Source: Candidatus Hydrogenedentota bacterium | GTDB lineage: Bacteria; Hydrogenedentota; Hydrogenedentia; Hydrogenedentales; SLHB01 | Reading direction: 5' to 3' | DNA: 64,000 nucleotides | Assembly: GCA_963745075.1 (NCBI GenBank) | Contig: CAVUWV010000031.1 | Span: forward strand, 192,001 to 256,000 | Shown: positions 20,380 to 30,429 of the stretch, piece by piece | How the letters are laid out: each line of letters begins with the position of its first letter | How positions within the stretch are numbered: the first letter of the stretch is position 1 | Translations under genes and position numbers: made by a program | Notes under the pieces: generated by a model | Database searches by the model: none | Told to the model about the DNA's origin: nothing | The model's input: the letters and a program-made list of their open reading frames with translations, nothing else

Positions 20380-22737
20380 TCAAAAGTGTTTGGTCGTTCC
20401 GTACCATTGGCTGCCGCCGTGATCGAGGTGGAGGACCGGCAGGCCGCTGAGGCGGGTCTCCTTGCCGTACTTGTCCTGCAACGCCATGCCGAACCACATG
20501 TCCGCTCCTTCGAAGTGGTCAAGTTCGGCGTATTTGATCTTATCCATGAACTCGCGCTTGAAGCATTGGAAGAATCCGACTGGGACGCCCTTCGCCTCGC
20601 GGTAACGGTATTCGGAAGCGCCGTTGACCAGCTCCTGCCATTGCCCCCACGGTTCGACTTCCCCCATCAGGACGCGTGCCGTCGTTTCTTTGCTGAGCAT
20701 GAGCCGGCCGTCGGGTGCGATGAAGTCACTCTCGTCCGCGATGGCTTCGACGCGGGCGAAGGTGTCGGGCGCGATAACGATGTCCGCATCCATGAGGACG
20801 ATCCAGTCGCCGGACGCCATGAGCGCCGACTCGTTGATCATGAAGCCTTTCGAGTTCGCGTTCTGCGCGGGGAACGGTGACCGGAGGATCCGCAAGTCCG
20901 GGTACGTCTGTGTCATGCTGTCGATGAGGTCGTCCGTCGCGTCGAGTCCCGGGATGTAGGCCACGATAACCTCGATCTTCTTGAGATCGATGTTCTCCTG
21001 ATGGGCGATGCCGCGCAGCATGGCCTGAAGCCGCCGGGCGTACCGGGAATTCACAACGATGATGGAATATTTCACATCAGCGGGGGGCGCGTCGCTGATT
21101 TGCTCGCCACGCCATATCTTCACAAACTGAGTCACGATCTGAGCGTCGATATTCCAGATGGAAATGCGGGGGTCGAGCCGGCCCCCGAGGCGCAGCGGCA
21201 CGTAGAACATCCCCTCGAATTCGACCGGGCGAACGGGCGTGCCGTCTCGCAGCAGGACAAAGTGTCCGTCGTGGTCGACATGCAAGACCAGCGTGTGACG
21301 ATACCCTTCCATGGGGCAGAGCAACTTGCAGTGGCGGCCGAAACTGAAGCCGATGAATTCGGCGATTCCGCCTCCGAAGGTCACCGAAATGGTAAACGGC
21401 GGCTCGACGTATTCGAGCGGGGAACTGAGCTTTTCCGTATTTGTAATGGAGTGCCAGCGCACGCCGCCTTCCAGATGCTCCCATGGGGCGCCTTCGACGG
21501 TGTATTCATAAGGCATGATCTGCCGGTCGGGTGTTCGGTTTTCCACGAGTGCGGCGGCTTCTTTGGCAAGGGCGGCATGACCTTCATTTACCGCCATACG
21601 CTCGGTGTCCACGGCATCGTAGTGTTTCGGCTGGTTCAGCGCGAAGTGCATGGGCGAGACGACGAGTTCACCCTCGACCGCCTTCAAGGACAAACCGGGC
21701 AGCAGACCGCGCACCTCGGGCGATAGGTGATCGCAAATGCGCCGCAGACTGCACTCCGCACAGATCGGTCCCAAGACCTGCCGTTCATGGGCATGGAGCT
21801 TTTCCACGTTCTTCTGGTGAGCCTCGAGCGTGGGGGCAGTCGTTTTCGGCTTTCCGATACGATTGCGCAAGTGTCGCGTCAGCTTGTGCAGCGCGGCGGC
21901 TCCACCGTGCACCAGCCGGTAGTGAAGCAGAAGGCGTAGAATGACGGCATCGACAAAGGTGCGCTGGAAGGTCGATCGCGCCAACAGGATGAGTAGAATC
22001 TTGCCCACCGCCGCAGGAACGTTGCGATACAACGACACGCCGAGTTCGTAAGCGCCCTTGTTGTATTGCTGGTGATCCATAAAGAACTGTCGCGTATTCG
22101 CAAGGTGGGGCCAGAGCGACTCCTCGACCACGCAGAAAGGAACGTGGTGGACATTCACCTCGATGCCGTCGGCGGTTAATGCCGTGGCCAATGCCGCCAT
22201 TCCGGCGACGCTGGCGGTGGTTTCTTCCTTGCCTCGGGTTGCTCGAATCTTTTCGAAGGGATCGTATGCGGTGATGGTAACGGCCGCTGCATTTCGGGAC
22301 AGCAGAAGTTCCGCAAGCGGTTTGGGATCGTAGCCTTTCGCGAACGGGCCGCAGACTTGGACACGGCACGGAATCTCGGCGGTGTTGCAGGCGTCGAGCC
22401 ACGCCGTCAAGGGCTCGAGTGACATACCTGATACCGACACGAATACATCAAGCAGACCCGCCTCCCGATACGCAGACAGGTCCGGAACCGGCGCATCTCC
22501 ATCAACACGCAAACTCACGCGAAGATCCAGATCCGCACCGTGTTCTATCAACTCCGGCAAATGGCGTAGCGTGGATGCATTCGCCAAGATATCGACTTTT
22601 TCCGCGTTGTAGACGATTCGGTTCAACCGCATCCATCGTTTGAGATCGATGAGATTGAACGGCTTTCCCCACCGGTTATGGGTGGGGACAATGCCACGAA
22701 CGGGAGGGATTCGCTGTGCTTCAACGGAGGGCGGCAC
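20380..22737 (-). CDS. Same fusion architecture; paralog B
   Basis: YSIIVV...INESALMASGDWIVLMDADI...HLDH; NVHHVPFC, GPICAECSLRRICDH; shares RWMRLNR, AYDPF, HKLTRH, VTFGGGIAE and PRISIWNID with paralog A. Confidence 0.8.
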   Translation of the reverse strand: MPPSVEAQRIPPVRGIVPTHNRWGKPFNLIDLKRWMRLNRIVYNAEKVDILANASTLRHLPELIEHGADLDLRVSLRVDGDAPVPDLSAYREAGLLDVFVSVSGMSLEPLTAWLDACNTAEIPCRVQVCGPFAKGYDPKPLAELLLSRNAAAVTITAYDPFEKIRATRGKEETTASVAGMAALATALTADGIEVNVHHVPFCVVEESLWPHLANTRQFFMDHQQYNKGAYELGVSLYRNVPAAVGKILLILLARSTFQRTFVDAVILRLLLHYRLVHGGAAALHKLTRHLRNRIGKPKTTAPTLEAHQKNVEKLHAHERQVLGPICAECSLRRICDHLSPEVRGLLPGLSLKAVEGELVVSPMHFALNQPKHYDAVDTERMAVNEGHAALAKEAAALVENRTPDRQIMPYEYTVEGAPWEHLEGGVRWHSITNTEKLSSPLEYVEPPFTISVTFGGGIAEFIGFSFGRHCKLLCPMEGYRHTLVLHVDHDGHFVLLRDGTPVRPVEFEGMFYVPLRLGGRLDPRISIWNIDAQIVTQFVKIWRGEQISDAPPADVKYSIIVVNSRYARRLQAMLRGIAHQENIDLKKIEVIVAYIPGLDATDDLIDSMTQTYPDLRILRSPFPAQNANSKGFMINESALMASGDWIVLMDADIVIAPDTFARVEAIADESDFIAPDGRLMLSKETTARVLMGEVEPWGQWQELVNGASEYRYREAKGVPVGFFQCFKREFMDKIKYAELDHFEGADMWFGMALQDKYGKETRLSGLPVLHLDHGGSQWYGTTKHF

Positions 22738-22852
22738 GAATCATTACCGCGCGACGGTCTCGCCGGGACGGTGCCCTGCGGCCGCGCATGGGTATGGGTT
22801 TGAATACGTTACGTGTGTCACCGGCAAAGAATACCGTTTAGGAGCGGAGCAG

Positions 22853-24076
22853 TCAAAGGGCCGGTTGTACGTCGGGCTGTTTGAGTGGAGCGGTCTGGGC
22901 GAGAATCCAATACGTGAGCAGCCGCAGGGCGCACAGCAGGAACAGGGTCATACGGATACCGACGCCGTTTTCCACAAAGTAGGAAGACAACAGCATCAGG
23001 CAGAGAACCATCAGGACGCGCCCAATGGCCAGCGGTATCTCCCAAGCACAGAGGTATTCAATGCGCTGGCTGGGGTCGAGGGCGCTGTTGGCAATGATTT
23101 CCATGCGGAGGCTGAAATGACCGATCCCAAACATGGACATCGACAGGGACCGAATCAGACCGAAGGCGATCAGCGTGAGCGCGGTAATCTTCGCAAAAAA
23201 CAGGAAGCCGCCGGCAAAGAGAATGACCGATGCCAGGAACATATAGCGCCCGCGGGTTTGCGGACGCATTACGCGCCCCAGGAACGTCGAAACGCCGATC
23301 GCCACAAGGGCCTGGTACGAAGCGAATCCCCCGACACTGACTTCGTTGTTGGTCTCGAAGTACATGAGAAGGCCCAACAAAATGCTGAAGATGTGGAACG
23401 ATCCCGCCAACGAGACGGACGCAAGCATGACGTGCTGCCAGTCGCGTTGATCGCGGCCGGGAAAGAGCGCGCGGCGAATTCGGAAGGGCCGTCGTTCTTT
23501 GTCCTCCGGCAAGCGGTAACTGAGAAAGAAGGCAACGATGTAGAGGACCAGCACCAAGGTGAAAAGCCGTTGGTATCCCCGCAAGGGATCGGCCGACATA
23601 CGGATAATCAGTCCGCCAATGGGCGGTGCGGCAAGCCGGGCCAGGTTCGTGACCGCGCCCAGCAGTCCGTAAAAGAGTTCCCGGCGTCCGTGTGTAGTCA
23701 CGTCGTAATTGATGGTGTTGGCGCCGCCCCAGTAGGCGCCCCAGGTCACCCCGAGCAAGGCGCCCAGCGCAACGGCGTGATCGGGGGCCTGCTCCTGGAG
23801 GGTCAGCAACGCTCCGTAGTACACGGCGTGGAGAATCAGCCCCAAACGGTACACGTGAAGGCGGTCACGGACCTGCGAATACCAGCCCGCAAGAACGAAG
23901 AAGAACGGCGTAACCACAAACAGGGCTATGTAATAGCGGCAGATAAGGTCGAGGTCGTGACTATTGATCCACAGGTAGACCGTGACGAAAATGGAACACA
24001 GGGCCTCAGCGGCGCTATAAAGTCCTGTCAGCACGAAGGCTACGGTTGCTTTGGGGTGTAGTTTTGAGTCCGTCAT
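22853..24076 (-). CDS. MFS-type transporter
   Basis: 407 aa, about 12 hydrophobic segments, LAAPPIGGLII motif. Confidence 0.8.
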   Translation of the reverse strand: MTDSKLHPKATVAFVLTGLYSAAEALCSIFVTVYLWINSHDLDLICRYYIALFVVTPFFFVLAGWYSQVRDRLHVYRLGLILHAVYYGALLTLQEQAPDHAVALGALLGVTWGAYWGGANTINYDVTTHGRRELFYGLLGAVTNLARLAAPPIGGLIIRMSADPLRGYQRLFTLVLVLYIVAFFLSYRLPEDKERRPFRIRRALFPGRDQRDWQHVMLASVSLAGSFHIFSILLGLLMYFETNNEVSVGGFASYQALVAIGVSTFLGRVMRPQTRGRYMFLASVILFAGGFLFFAKITALTLIAFGLIRSLSMSMFGIGHFSLRMEIIANSALDPSQRIEYLCAWEIPLAIGRVLMVLCLMLLSSYFVENGVGIRMTLFLLCALRLLTYWILAQTAPLKQPDVQPAL

Positions 24077-24242
24077 AAACCCGCGTAGCTTATCGAAGAT
24101 CGTGGCGCCGATTAAACTCGCGGCCCTAACCGCGTGCTGGGGACCACTTGAACCGCTTTCGCGATTCGCCTATCCTACGCGAATAACTGCGGTTACACGA
24201 TTGAGCCGCAACTGGACCGATTGGGGGGAACGAAGGGATTCT

Positions 24243-25301
24243 ATGCCGAAACCGATGAATTTTGCTGTATTGGGCCTGGGCATGGGGTTGCACCACTGCG
24301 GCGCCATCGTTGGGGCCAAAGACGCCAATCTCGTGGCGGTCTGCGATCACGACGCGAAGCGACTGGCGGCGGGCGTGAAACAGTACGGCGTCAAAGGTTA
24401 CCGCAAGTGGACGGATGTCCTGAAAGATGACGAAGTCGACGCCGTCTGTATCACGACGGAAAGCGGAACGCATGTGAAGTTCGGCGTCCAGGCCGCTCGC
24501 GCGGGCAAGCACATCATCATGGAAAAGCCCGTCGACGTGACATTGTCGCGCATCGGGAAGTTGGAGGACGAAGTCGCCAAGTCCGGCGTCAAGTGCGGGT
24601 GCGTGTATCAATACCGCATGGACAACTGCAACATTCTGATTCGAAAGGCCATTCAAGCCGGAAAGATGGGCCGGGTCATCGGGGCGCACGTCCAGTTACC
24701 CTGGTTACGACTGAACAGCTATTTTCAGGGCCCCCACGGGCGCTGGAAGGGGACGTGGAAACTGGACGGGGGCGGCAGTCTTTCGAATCAGGGAATTCAC
24801 TCGGTCGATCTCATTCAGTGGCTCGTAGGGCCGGTGCACAGCGTGTGTGGCTTTTACGGGATATTCAATCATAGGATCGAAGCCGAAGATCAGGCGGTCG
24901 CCATCTTGAAGTTCGAAAATGGTGCATTGGGTACCCTGGTCACCACTACCTGCGCCATTCCAAACCAGCCTTTGCACGTCTACCTGTATGGAACCAAGGG
25001 ATCCTATTCCCGCAAGGCCGACGACCTCGAGTTCTACGAAATGGGTACCAAAAAAGAGCGCGAGCGGATGATGCGCCTGTTCGGGGGAGCGAAGAAGAGC
25101 GAGAAAATGGGCGTCGATCCCTTGTCCCTCTCGGAGGACGGTCACAAACTGCTCGTGGAAGACTTGGTGAAGGCCGTGCGAAACGACCAGGAGCCCGCGA
25201 TCACGATTCGCAGTGCGACCCACAGCGTGGAGATCGTCAAAGCCATTTACCAGTCGGCGCGAACGGGGCGCGAAGTCAAGATCAGCCAGGTGCGGCAATG
25301 A
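24243..25301 (+). CDS. Gfo/Idh/MocA family oxidoreductase
   Basis: VLGLGMG, AGKHIIMEKP, DGGGSLSNQGIHSVD, IEAED. Confidence 0.93.
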   Translation: MPKPMNFAVLGLGMGLHHCGAIVGAKDANLVAVCDHDAKRLAAGVKQYGVKGYRKWTDVLKDDEVDAVCITTESGTHVKFGVQAARAGKHIIMEKPVDVTLSRIGKLEDEVAKSGVKCGCVYQYRMDNCNILIRKAIQAGKMGRVIGAHVQLPWLRLNSYFQGPHGRWKGTWKLDGGGSLSNQGIHSVDLIQWLVGPVHSVCGFYGIFNHRIEAEDQAVAILKFENGALGTLVTTTCAIPNQPLHVYLYGTKGSYSRKADDLEFYEMGTKKERERMMRLFGGAKKSEKMGVDPLSLSEDGHKLLVEDLVKAVRNDQEPAITIRSATHSVEIVKAIYQSARTGREVKISQVRQ

Positions 25302-25490
25302 CGCACGACGACTCGTCCCTACCGGCTAAGGCATTTTTCGTCAATCCCTTAAAGCGGGCCCCGGGCTCGCGTGAATTGAAACCGGTCCGTCCGCTTGGCG
25401 GTCCAACTTCCGGGCTGAGGAAGTCCCGAGGGGTGGAACTCGCCAGGCGTTGTCGGCAGCCTGTAGGCAACCGCAGAGTATGTAGCACCG

Positions 25491-26459
25491 ATGTTTCGTA
25501 ACTTCACCATTTCGTACGCCCGCAAGAATATTCGCATGCGGAACGTCCGCAAGCTCTCGTTTCAGCGACAGAGCGTCGCCTACTTGTTGTCGATTTCGGC
25601 GCGTAAGATACCCCACGCCGCGGGCAACGTGGAATTCGACGTGACGCCGCTTCACGAATACGGCCAACGGGTCATTCAAGAGATGAAAGCGACGGGGGGC
25701 AAACATACCCCGGACGAACTGACGTGGATGGCCGTCCACAAGAATTTCTCGGCGTTTTACCTCAAGACCATCGCCCACGTGCTCTATCATATTCCGGTGA
25801 TGAATTCGCTGATGGATTGGACGCCGTTGCGAAACGGCGGACACCTGTACGAATGTGAAGATATTTGCCCCTCGTTTACGGTCCATACGAAGCAGGGCGT
25901 CATGGCGCCGATCATCCGGAATCCGCACCAGAAGACGCTCGTAGAGGTGGCCAACGAGATGCGGGTCCTGACCCGGAAGTCGCGGCGCACCGACATGAAT
26001 GAGTTGTATCGGCGGTGCGCGCGCCGGTACTTGACCTATGCGCTGCGCGAACTGGACTTTTCCGGATTCACCGCGGGCTGGCTCTGGGTCAAGTCATGTC
26101 TCTGGCCGGAACCCATGTCAGACGAGGTGAAAAACGTGCCCGAAGACGAGAAGCTGCTCGCCAAGGACGTGGTTGGCTCGACCTGCACGGTGGCCAATAT
26201 CGGCATGTCGGTGGACGGATGGCAGACGGTGACGGTGATCCCGCCGCCGAGCACGTTTATGTGGGGGATCGGACTTACCCGGCAGCTCCCGCGGGTCATC
26301 GATGGCCAAATCGTTCCGCGCCATATCGTGACGGTGGCGGTGACCTTCGACCATCGGGCAATGGACGGCGGGGACATTTTTGACTTCGTGGACGTCATGA
26401 ACGGTTACATCAAAAATCCCGAGCGGATATTCGAGTGGAAGCCCGGCGATCCGGTTTAA
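25491..26459 (+). CDS. Stand-alone 2-oxoacid dehydrogenase E2-type acyltransferase catalytic domain (no lipoyl domain)
   Basis: IPHA..NVEFDVT, GVMAPIIRN, STCTVANIG, VTFDHRAMDG (catalytic HxxxDG). Confidence 0.85.
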   Translation: MFRNFTISYARKNIRMRNVRKLSFQRQSVAYLLSISARKIPHAAGNVEFDVTPLHEYGQRVIQEMKATGGKHTPDELTWMAVHKNFSAFYLKTIAHVLYHIPVMNSLMDWTPLRNGGHLYECEDICPSFTVHTKQGVMAPIIRNPHQKTLVEVANEMRVLTRKSRRTDMNELYRRCARRYLTYALRELDFSGFTAGWLWVKSCLWPEPMSDEVKNVPEDEKLLAKDVVGSTCTVANIGMSVDGWQTVTVIPPPSTFMWGIGLTRQLPRVIDGQIVPRHIVTVAVTFDHRAMDGGDIFDFVDVMNGYIKNPERIFEWKPGDPV

Positions 26460-27388
26460 CGGTCGCGGTCTTTCGCTTCGCGTTCGCTCCATTCCGCGGC
26501 CAGACGCGGCCGTTCTTTCCACCGCCGATGCAGCCATAGCCATTGTTCCGGACTCTTGCGAATCTCAGCTTCGATGTGGTCCTGGCAGCGCTGGGTGATG
26601 CCGACCAGATCGTGTCGCAGATTTCCGGTGCGGGTCAACTCCATCGGCGGGGAAAACGTGAGGGCGTAGTTTCCGGAAACGTGGCGGCGCATGGTCACCA
26701 CGTAAATGGGCACCTTGGCACGGACCGCCACCATCGCGGGCGCGACGGTCGCCCAGCAGGGCGTATCGAAAAACGTCACCGGCACCGCCGCCTCCCGGGG
26801 ACTTTGGTCGACCAGGACGCCGACGAGCCACCCATCCTTCAGCAGACGCATGATGTCCGCGCCGGAACCTTCCTTTTCGATGGTCCGGACACCTTGAGCC
26901 GTGCGGGTGCCGTCTACGAACCGATTCAGCCTCGGGTCATCCAGGGGCCGGACGACCTCGGCGACCTGAAAACCGATGGCGGTGAGGGCCGGGGCCATCC
27001 ACTCCCAGTTTCCCATGTGTGCGCTGATAAGAAATGCGCCCTCCCCCTTCTTGACATCCTCCAGACCCGAGAACGACACAAACGACGCGATCGACGCAGC
27101 GCTCAGCCTTGGAATCCGCGAGAATTCCGCCGCGACGATCCCGACGTTTTCGGCCGCGCCGCGCGCGATGCGGCGTTTTTCCCGGGCGGTGAGGACGTGT
27201 CCGTAGGCGGCTTCCAGGTTTTGCAGCGTCACCTTACGCACCCTTGGCACCAGGAGATATGCGAGGCGACCCGCGATTCGCCCAAGGGAACGGGCGAGCG
27301 GCAATGGAATACGTGCGGTGAGATGACCAAATAGCAGGGACAGTGAAGTCGCAGTCCATACGACGACAGGATTACGGCGCCGCGGCAT
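26456..27388 (-). CDS. Lipid A lauroyl/palmitoleoyl (LpxL/HtrB family) lysophospholipid acyltransferase
   Basis: SAHMGNWE, VLVDQ, VTFF, PEQWLWLHRRWK. Confidence 0.92.
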   Translation of the reverse strand: MPRRRNPVVVWTATSLSLLFGHLTARIPLPLARSLGRIAGRLAYLLVPRVRKVTLQNLEAAYGHVLTAREKRRIARGAAENVGIVAAEFSRIPRLSAASIASFVSFSGLEDVKKGEGAFLISAHMGNWEWMAPALTAIGFQVAEVVRPLDDPRLNRFVDGTRTAQGVRTIEKEGSGADIMRLLKDGWLVGVLVDQSPREAAVPVTFFDTPCWATVAPAMVAVRAKVPIYVVTMRRHVSGNYALTFSPPMELTRTGNLRHDLVGITQRCQDHIEAEIRKSPEQWLWLHRRWKERPRLAAEWSEREAKDRDR

Positions 27389-27390
27389 GC

Positions 27391-28758
27391 TTACCCTTCC
27401 AATTCGATGGTTTCACCGATTTGCGGGATAAACTTTCGAAAGCGGGCGTCGGTATTCTCCGCCATCCATGCCGTAGCTTCGGCATCGCCGTGAACGAATA
27501 CAACATTCTTCGCACCGATATGGTCAATGAGTTTGCACAAGTCCTCGCGGGGGGCATGGGCGCTGAAGTTGAAACTTTGGCGGTTCTCGAGCTTGATGGT
27601 CGTGGGTGGCCCGTTGAGTTCGAAGACAACGTCATCCCCGGTTTTGGCGTGGAGCAGTTTATACCCGAGGGTGTCGGGGTCCAGGTAGCCGACGAAGAAG
27701 ATCCCATGTTTCTTGTACTTCACCAGTTCCGAGGCAATCATGGAAGACGGCGTGTTTTCCACCATCATGCCCGAAGTGGCGACGATGATGGCGGGCTTCT
27801 TCAGCAAATCGTGGCGGACTTCCGGATTCCACACGTCACCGATCCGATTGAATTCGAAAAGCGGCCGGAGCGTAGAATCCGGCCGCAGGTAGTCCGTGTA
27901 TTTGTCATAGATTTCGTATACCGCACGGCCCAGACCCGAAGCATAGACGGGCACGGATGGGATGTAGCCGGATTCCTGCAACCGCGCGATGACGTTCAGA
28001 AGTTCCTGAGTACGCCCCAGCGCAAAGGAGGGAACCAATACGACGCCGCCCCCTTCCAGAACGCGGGAAACCTCTTGCGCGAACCGCTCGGTTTCGCCTT
28101 CGAAGGTTATGGCATGCCCGTTTTCATGGGTTCCGCGCGTACTTTCAATCACGAGCGTGGTGACTTCTTCCGACGGATCCAAGAGCGTCAGCCCGGCCAT
28201 GAGTTCCTGGTGGGTCAGGCAAACGTCCCCCGAGTAGAAGATCGTGTGACCCGGCGCGCGCAACAGGACGCTTGCGCTGCCGAGCACGTGACCGGAGGGG
28301 TGAAAACTGGCCCGAAACGGGCTGTCCCACGTCAGGGCGAATTCCTGATCGAAGGCAAGGCCATAGCTGCGGCGGATGACGTACTCCACGTCGCCGTGGC
28401 TGTACAAGGGATACTCGCGAATCCCCCTCTCGACCGCCAGGGTGCCCATGACGGACACACTGTTGTGGAGCATACGGTCCATAATGCGCACCGTCGGCTG
28501 CGTTGCGTAGCATTCGGTCGAGGGGTGCTCGCGCAACAGATACGGTACACCGCCGCAATGGTCGATGTGCGCATGCGACACGATCACCGCTTCCGGCGAA
28601 CGTTTTAGCAATTCGAATTGCGGCAGGGCTTCGCAGCCCTCCTTTTTCGGATGAATGCCGCAGTCCAATAAAACGTCGTGGTCTTCCGCGGTAACGAGGT
28701 ATGAATTGGCGCCAATCTCGGCGCCCCCACCAATTGGCGTAAAGAGTACCTTGCTCAA
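27391..28758 (-). CDS. MBL-fold beta-CASP metallo-nuclease (CPSF73/RNase J-like)
   Basis: GGGAEIGANS, LLDCG, SHAHIDH, GHVLGS, YSGD, ESTRG, PSFALGRTQE, FSAH, VHG; TTG start at 28758 inferred from RBS (ORF extends to 28797). Confidence 0.9.
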   Translation of the reverse strand: MSKVLFTPIGGGAEIGANSYLVTAEDHDVLLDCGIHPKKEGCEALPQFELLKRSPEAVIVSHAHIDHCGGVPYLLREHPSTECYATQPTVRIMDRMLHNSVSVMGTLAVERGIREYPLYSHGDVEYVIRRSYGLAFDQEFALTWDSPFRASFHPSGHVLGSASVLLRAPGHTIFYSGDVCLTHQELMAGLTLLDPSEEVTTLVIESTRGTHENGHAITFEGETERFAQEVSRVLEGGGVVLVPSFALGRTQELLNVIARLQESGYIPSVPVYASGLGRAVYEIYDKYTDYLRPDSTLRPLFEFNRIGDVWNPEVRHDLLKKPAIIVATSGMMVENTPSSMIASELVKYKKHGIFFVGYLDPDTLGYKLLHAKTGDDVVFELNGPPTTIKLENRQSFNFSAHAPREDLCKLIDHIGAKNVVFVHGDAEATAWMAENTDARFRKFIPQIGETIELEG

Positions 28759-28929
28759 TGCGTTCTCCAGTTCGAAGCATTCTATGGAAGTACCCAAAAG
28801 TTGTCAAAAAGACGATCGCATTCCGGGCGCGAGGGGCCGAAAGAGATCCTTGCCATTTCCGAACCGGTCACTTACCATCACGAAGGATTCCACGTCGGGA
28901 GGTAACGGGTTGAGAGGATTGGCACGACC

Positions 28930-29916
28930 ATGGCAACGCTGACATTGGCAATTTGTGCCCGAAATGCCGACTCCATCATCGGCGATTGCCTGGCCAGCAT
29001 CGAAACCCAAACGGTTGCGCCGGACGATATCCTGGTGGCCGTGGACGATTGGTCCGACCCCACGGCGGAGGTGGCCCGCAGCCATGGCGCGCGCGTCATT
29101 GCGAGTAACGCGACGGGATTGTACGAAGCGAGAAACAGCGTGCTCGATGCGTGCACCACCGACTATCTGGCCTTTACAGATGCAGACTGTGCGCTGGTCC
29201 CGGAATGGGTCGAATCGGTGAAGGCGGTGCTCGATACGCGGCCGGACGTTGCCGCGGGGACGGGACGGCATCCTCCTGCTGAAGCCCGCAACTTCGCCGC
29301 GTGGCTGCATCACATGTGGTTCATTGTTGAGACCGAGTCCACCGGTGAGACCACGGGGATTATTGGCGGCAACAGCTATTTTCGCACGCAAGCGCTCCGC
29401 GACGTGGGCGGTTGGCTCAAGCTCCCGCGCCACAGTGCGGCGGAGGACGTCTACATCGCTACCGCGCTACGTAAAGCGGGGCACACAATTTGGTTCGAGG
29501 AACGGGCGGCCGTCCGGCATCGCTACGAGACGCGGCTCCGGGGGCTCATGCGAAAGGCGGTGATGATGGGCAAGGACATCGTCGTCATGATGCGAGCCGC
29601 GGGATGGCGCGAAAGCCTTTGGTATTACACGCTGAGCATTCCCATCCTGGCGGGCTTGGTTCCGTTGGGGCTGATCGTCGCGATAGTCGCGCCGTGGCCG
29701 GGCCTGTCCGTCGCCGCGGCGCCGCTCATCCTGACGCTCGGGTATTTGACCGCAAAGTTTGGCAGCCTCGCGATGGCGTTTCCGCGTTGGCTGGCGCGGT
29801 GGTGCGTCATCTGGCCGTACTCCTGGGGGATCCTAAGGGGGTTGGTCACGCCGATTCCCGCATCGGCCCGCATTCGACTGGACGGAGGCGCCGGGCGGAC
29901 GGCGTCGGCACCGTAA
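28930..29916 (+). CDS. Family 2 glycosyltransferase with C-terminal membrane segments
   Basis: VDDWSD, ARN, FTDADC, AAED; hydrophobic C-terminus. Confidence 0.88.
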   Translation: MATLTLAICARNADSIIGDCLASIETQTVAPDDILVAVDDWSDPTAEVARSHGARVIASNATGLYEARNSVLDACTTDYLAFTDADCALVPEWVESVKAVLDTRPDVAAGTGRHPPAEARNFAAWLHHMWFIVETESTGETTGIIGGNSYFRTQALRDVGGWLKLPRHSAAEDVYIATALRKAGHTIWFEERAAVRHRYETRLRGLMRKAVMMGKDIVVMMRAAGWRESLWYYTLSIPILAGLVPLGLIVAIVAPWPGLSVAAAPLILTLGYLTAKFGSLAMAFPRWLARWCVIWPYSWGILRGLVTPIPASARIRLDGGAGRTASAP

Positions 29917-29925
29917 CAGCACTCC

Positions 29926-30429
29926 ATGGACCACGAACGACCAGCAGAACCTGCACCCATTAAAATCTGTCTGACGTGTTCGCACGGAGGCCATCTCACG
30001 GAGATGCTCCAACTGGAAGATGCGTTCGCCGATCATGAAACCTTTTACTTCTGCTACGACGCCGATACCACGCGGCGCCTGCCGAACGCCTATCGCGTTC
30101 CCAACATGGCGCGCAATCCCATCGAATTCGTGAAAAACCTCTGGCGAGTGGTTGGCATATTCCGTAAAGAAAGGCCGGATCTCGTCGTGTCCACCGGTGC
30201 GGAGATTGCTATTCCCGTGGTGCTCGTCGCAAAGGTGTTTCGCGTGCCCGCGTTGTATGTCGAATGCGGCGCGCAAGTCACGACGCCTTCCGTGACGGGC
30301 CGGGTCATGTACTGGCTGGCGGAGCGCTTCTACGTGCAATGGCCGGAGTTATTGGAGGCGTACGGGCCGCGCGCGCGGTTCGACGGCAGTCTGATCGACG
30401 AGGATCGTCCGGTGGAGTCATCGCGATGA
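29926..30429 (+). CDS. Alg14/PssD/CpsF-like glycosyltransferase subunit
   Basis: CSHGGHL, RPDLVVSTGAEIA, YVEC, FYVQW. Confidence 0.9.
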   Translation: MDHERPAEPAPIKICLTCSHGGHLTEMLQLEDAFADHETFYFCYDADTTRRLPNAYRVPNMARNPIEFVKNLWRVVGIFRKERPDLVVSTGAEIAIPVVLVAKVFRVPALYVECGAQVTTPSVTGRVMYWLAERFYVQWPELLEAYGPRARFDGSLIDEDRPVESSR

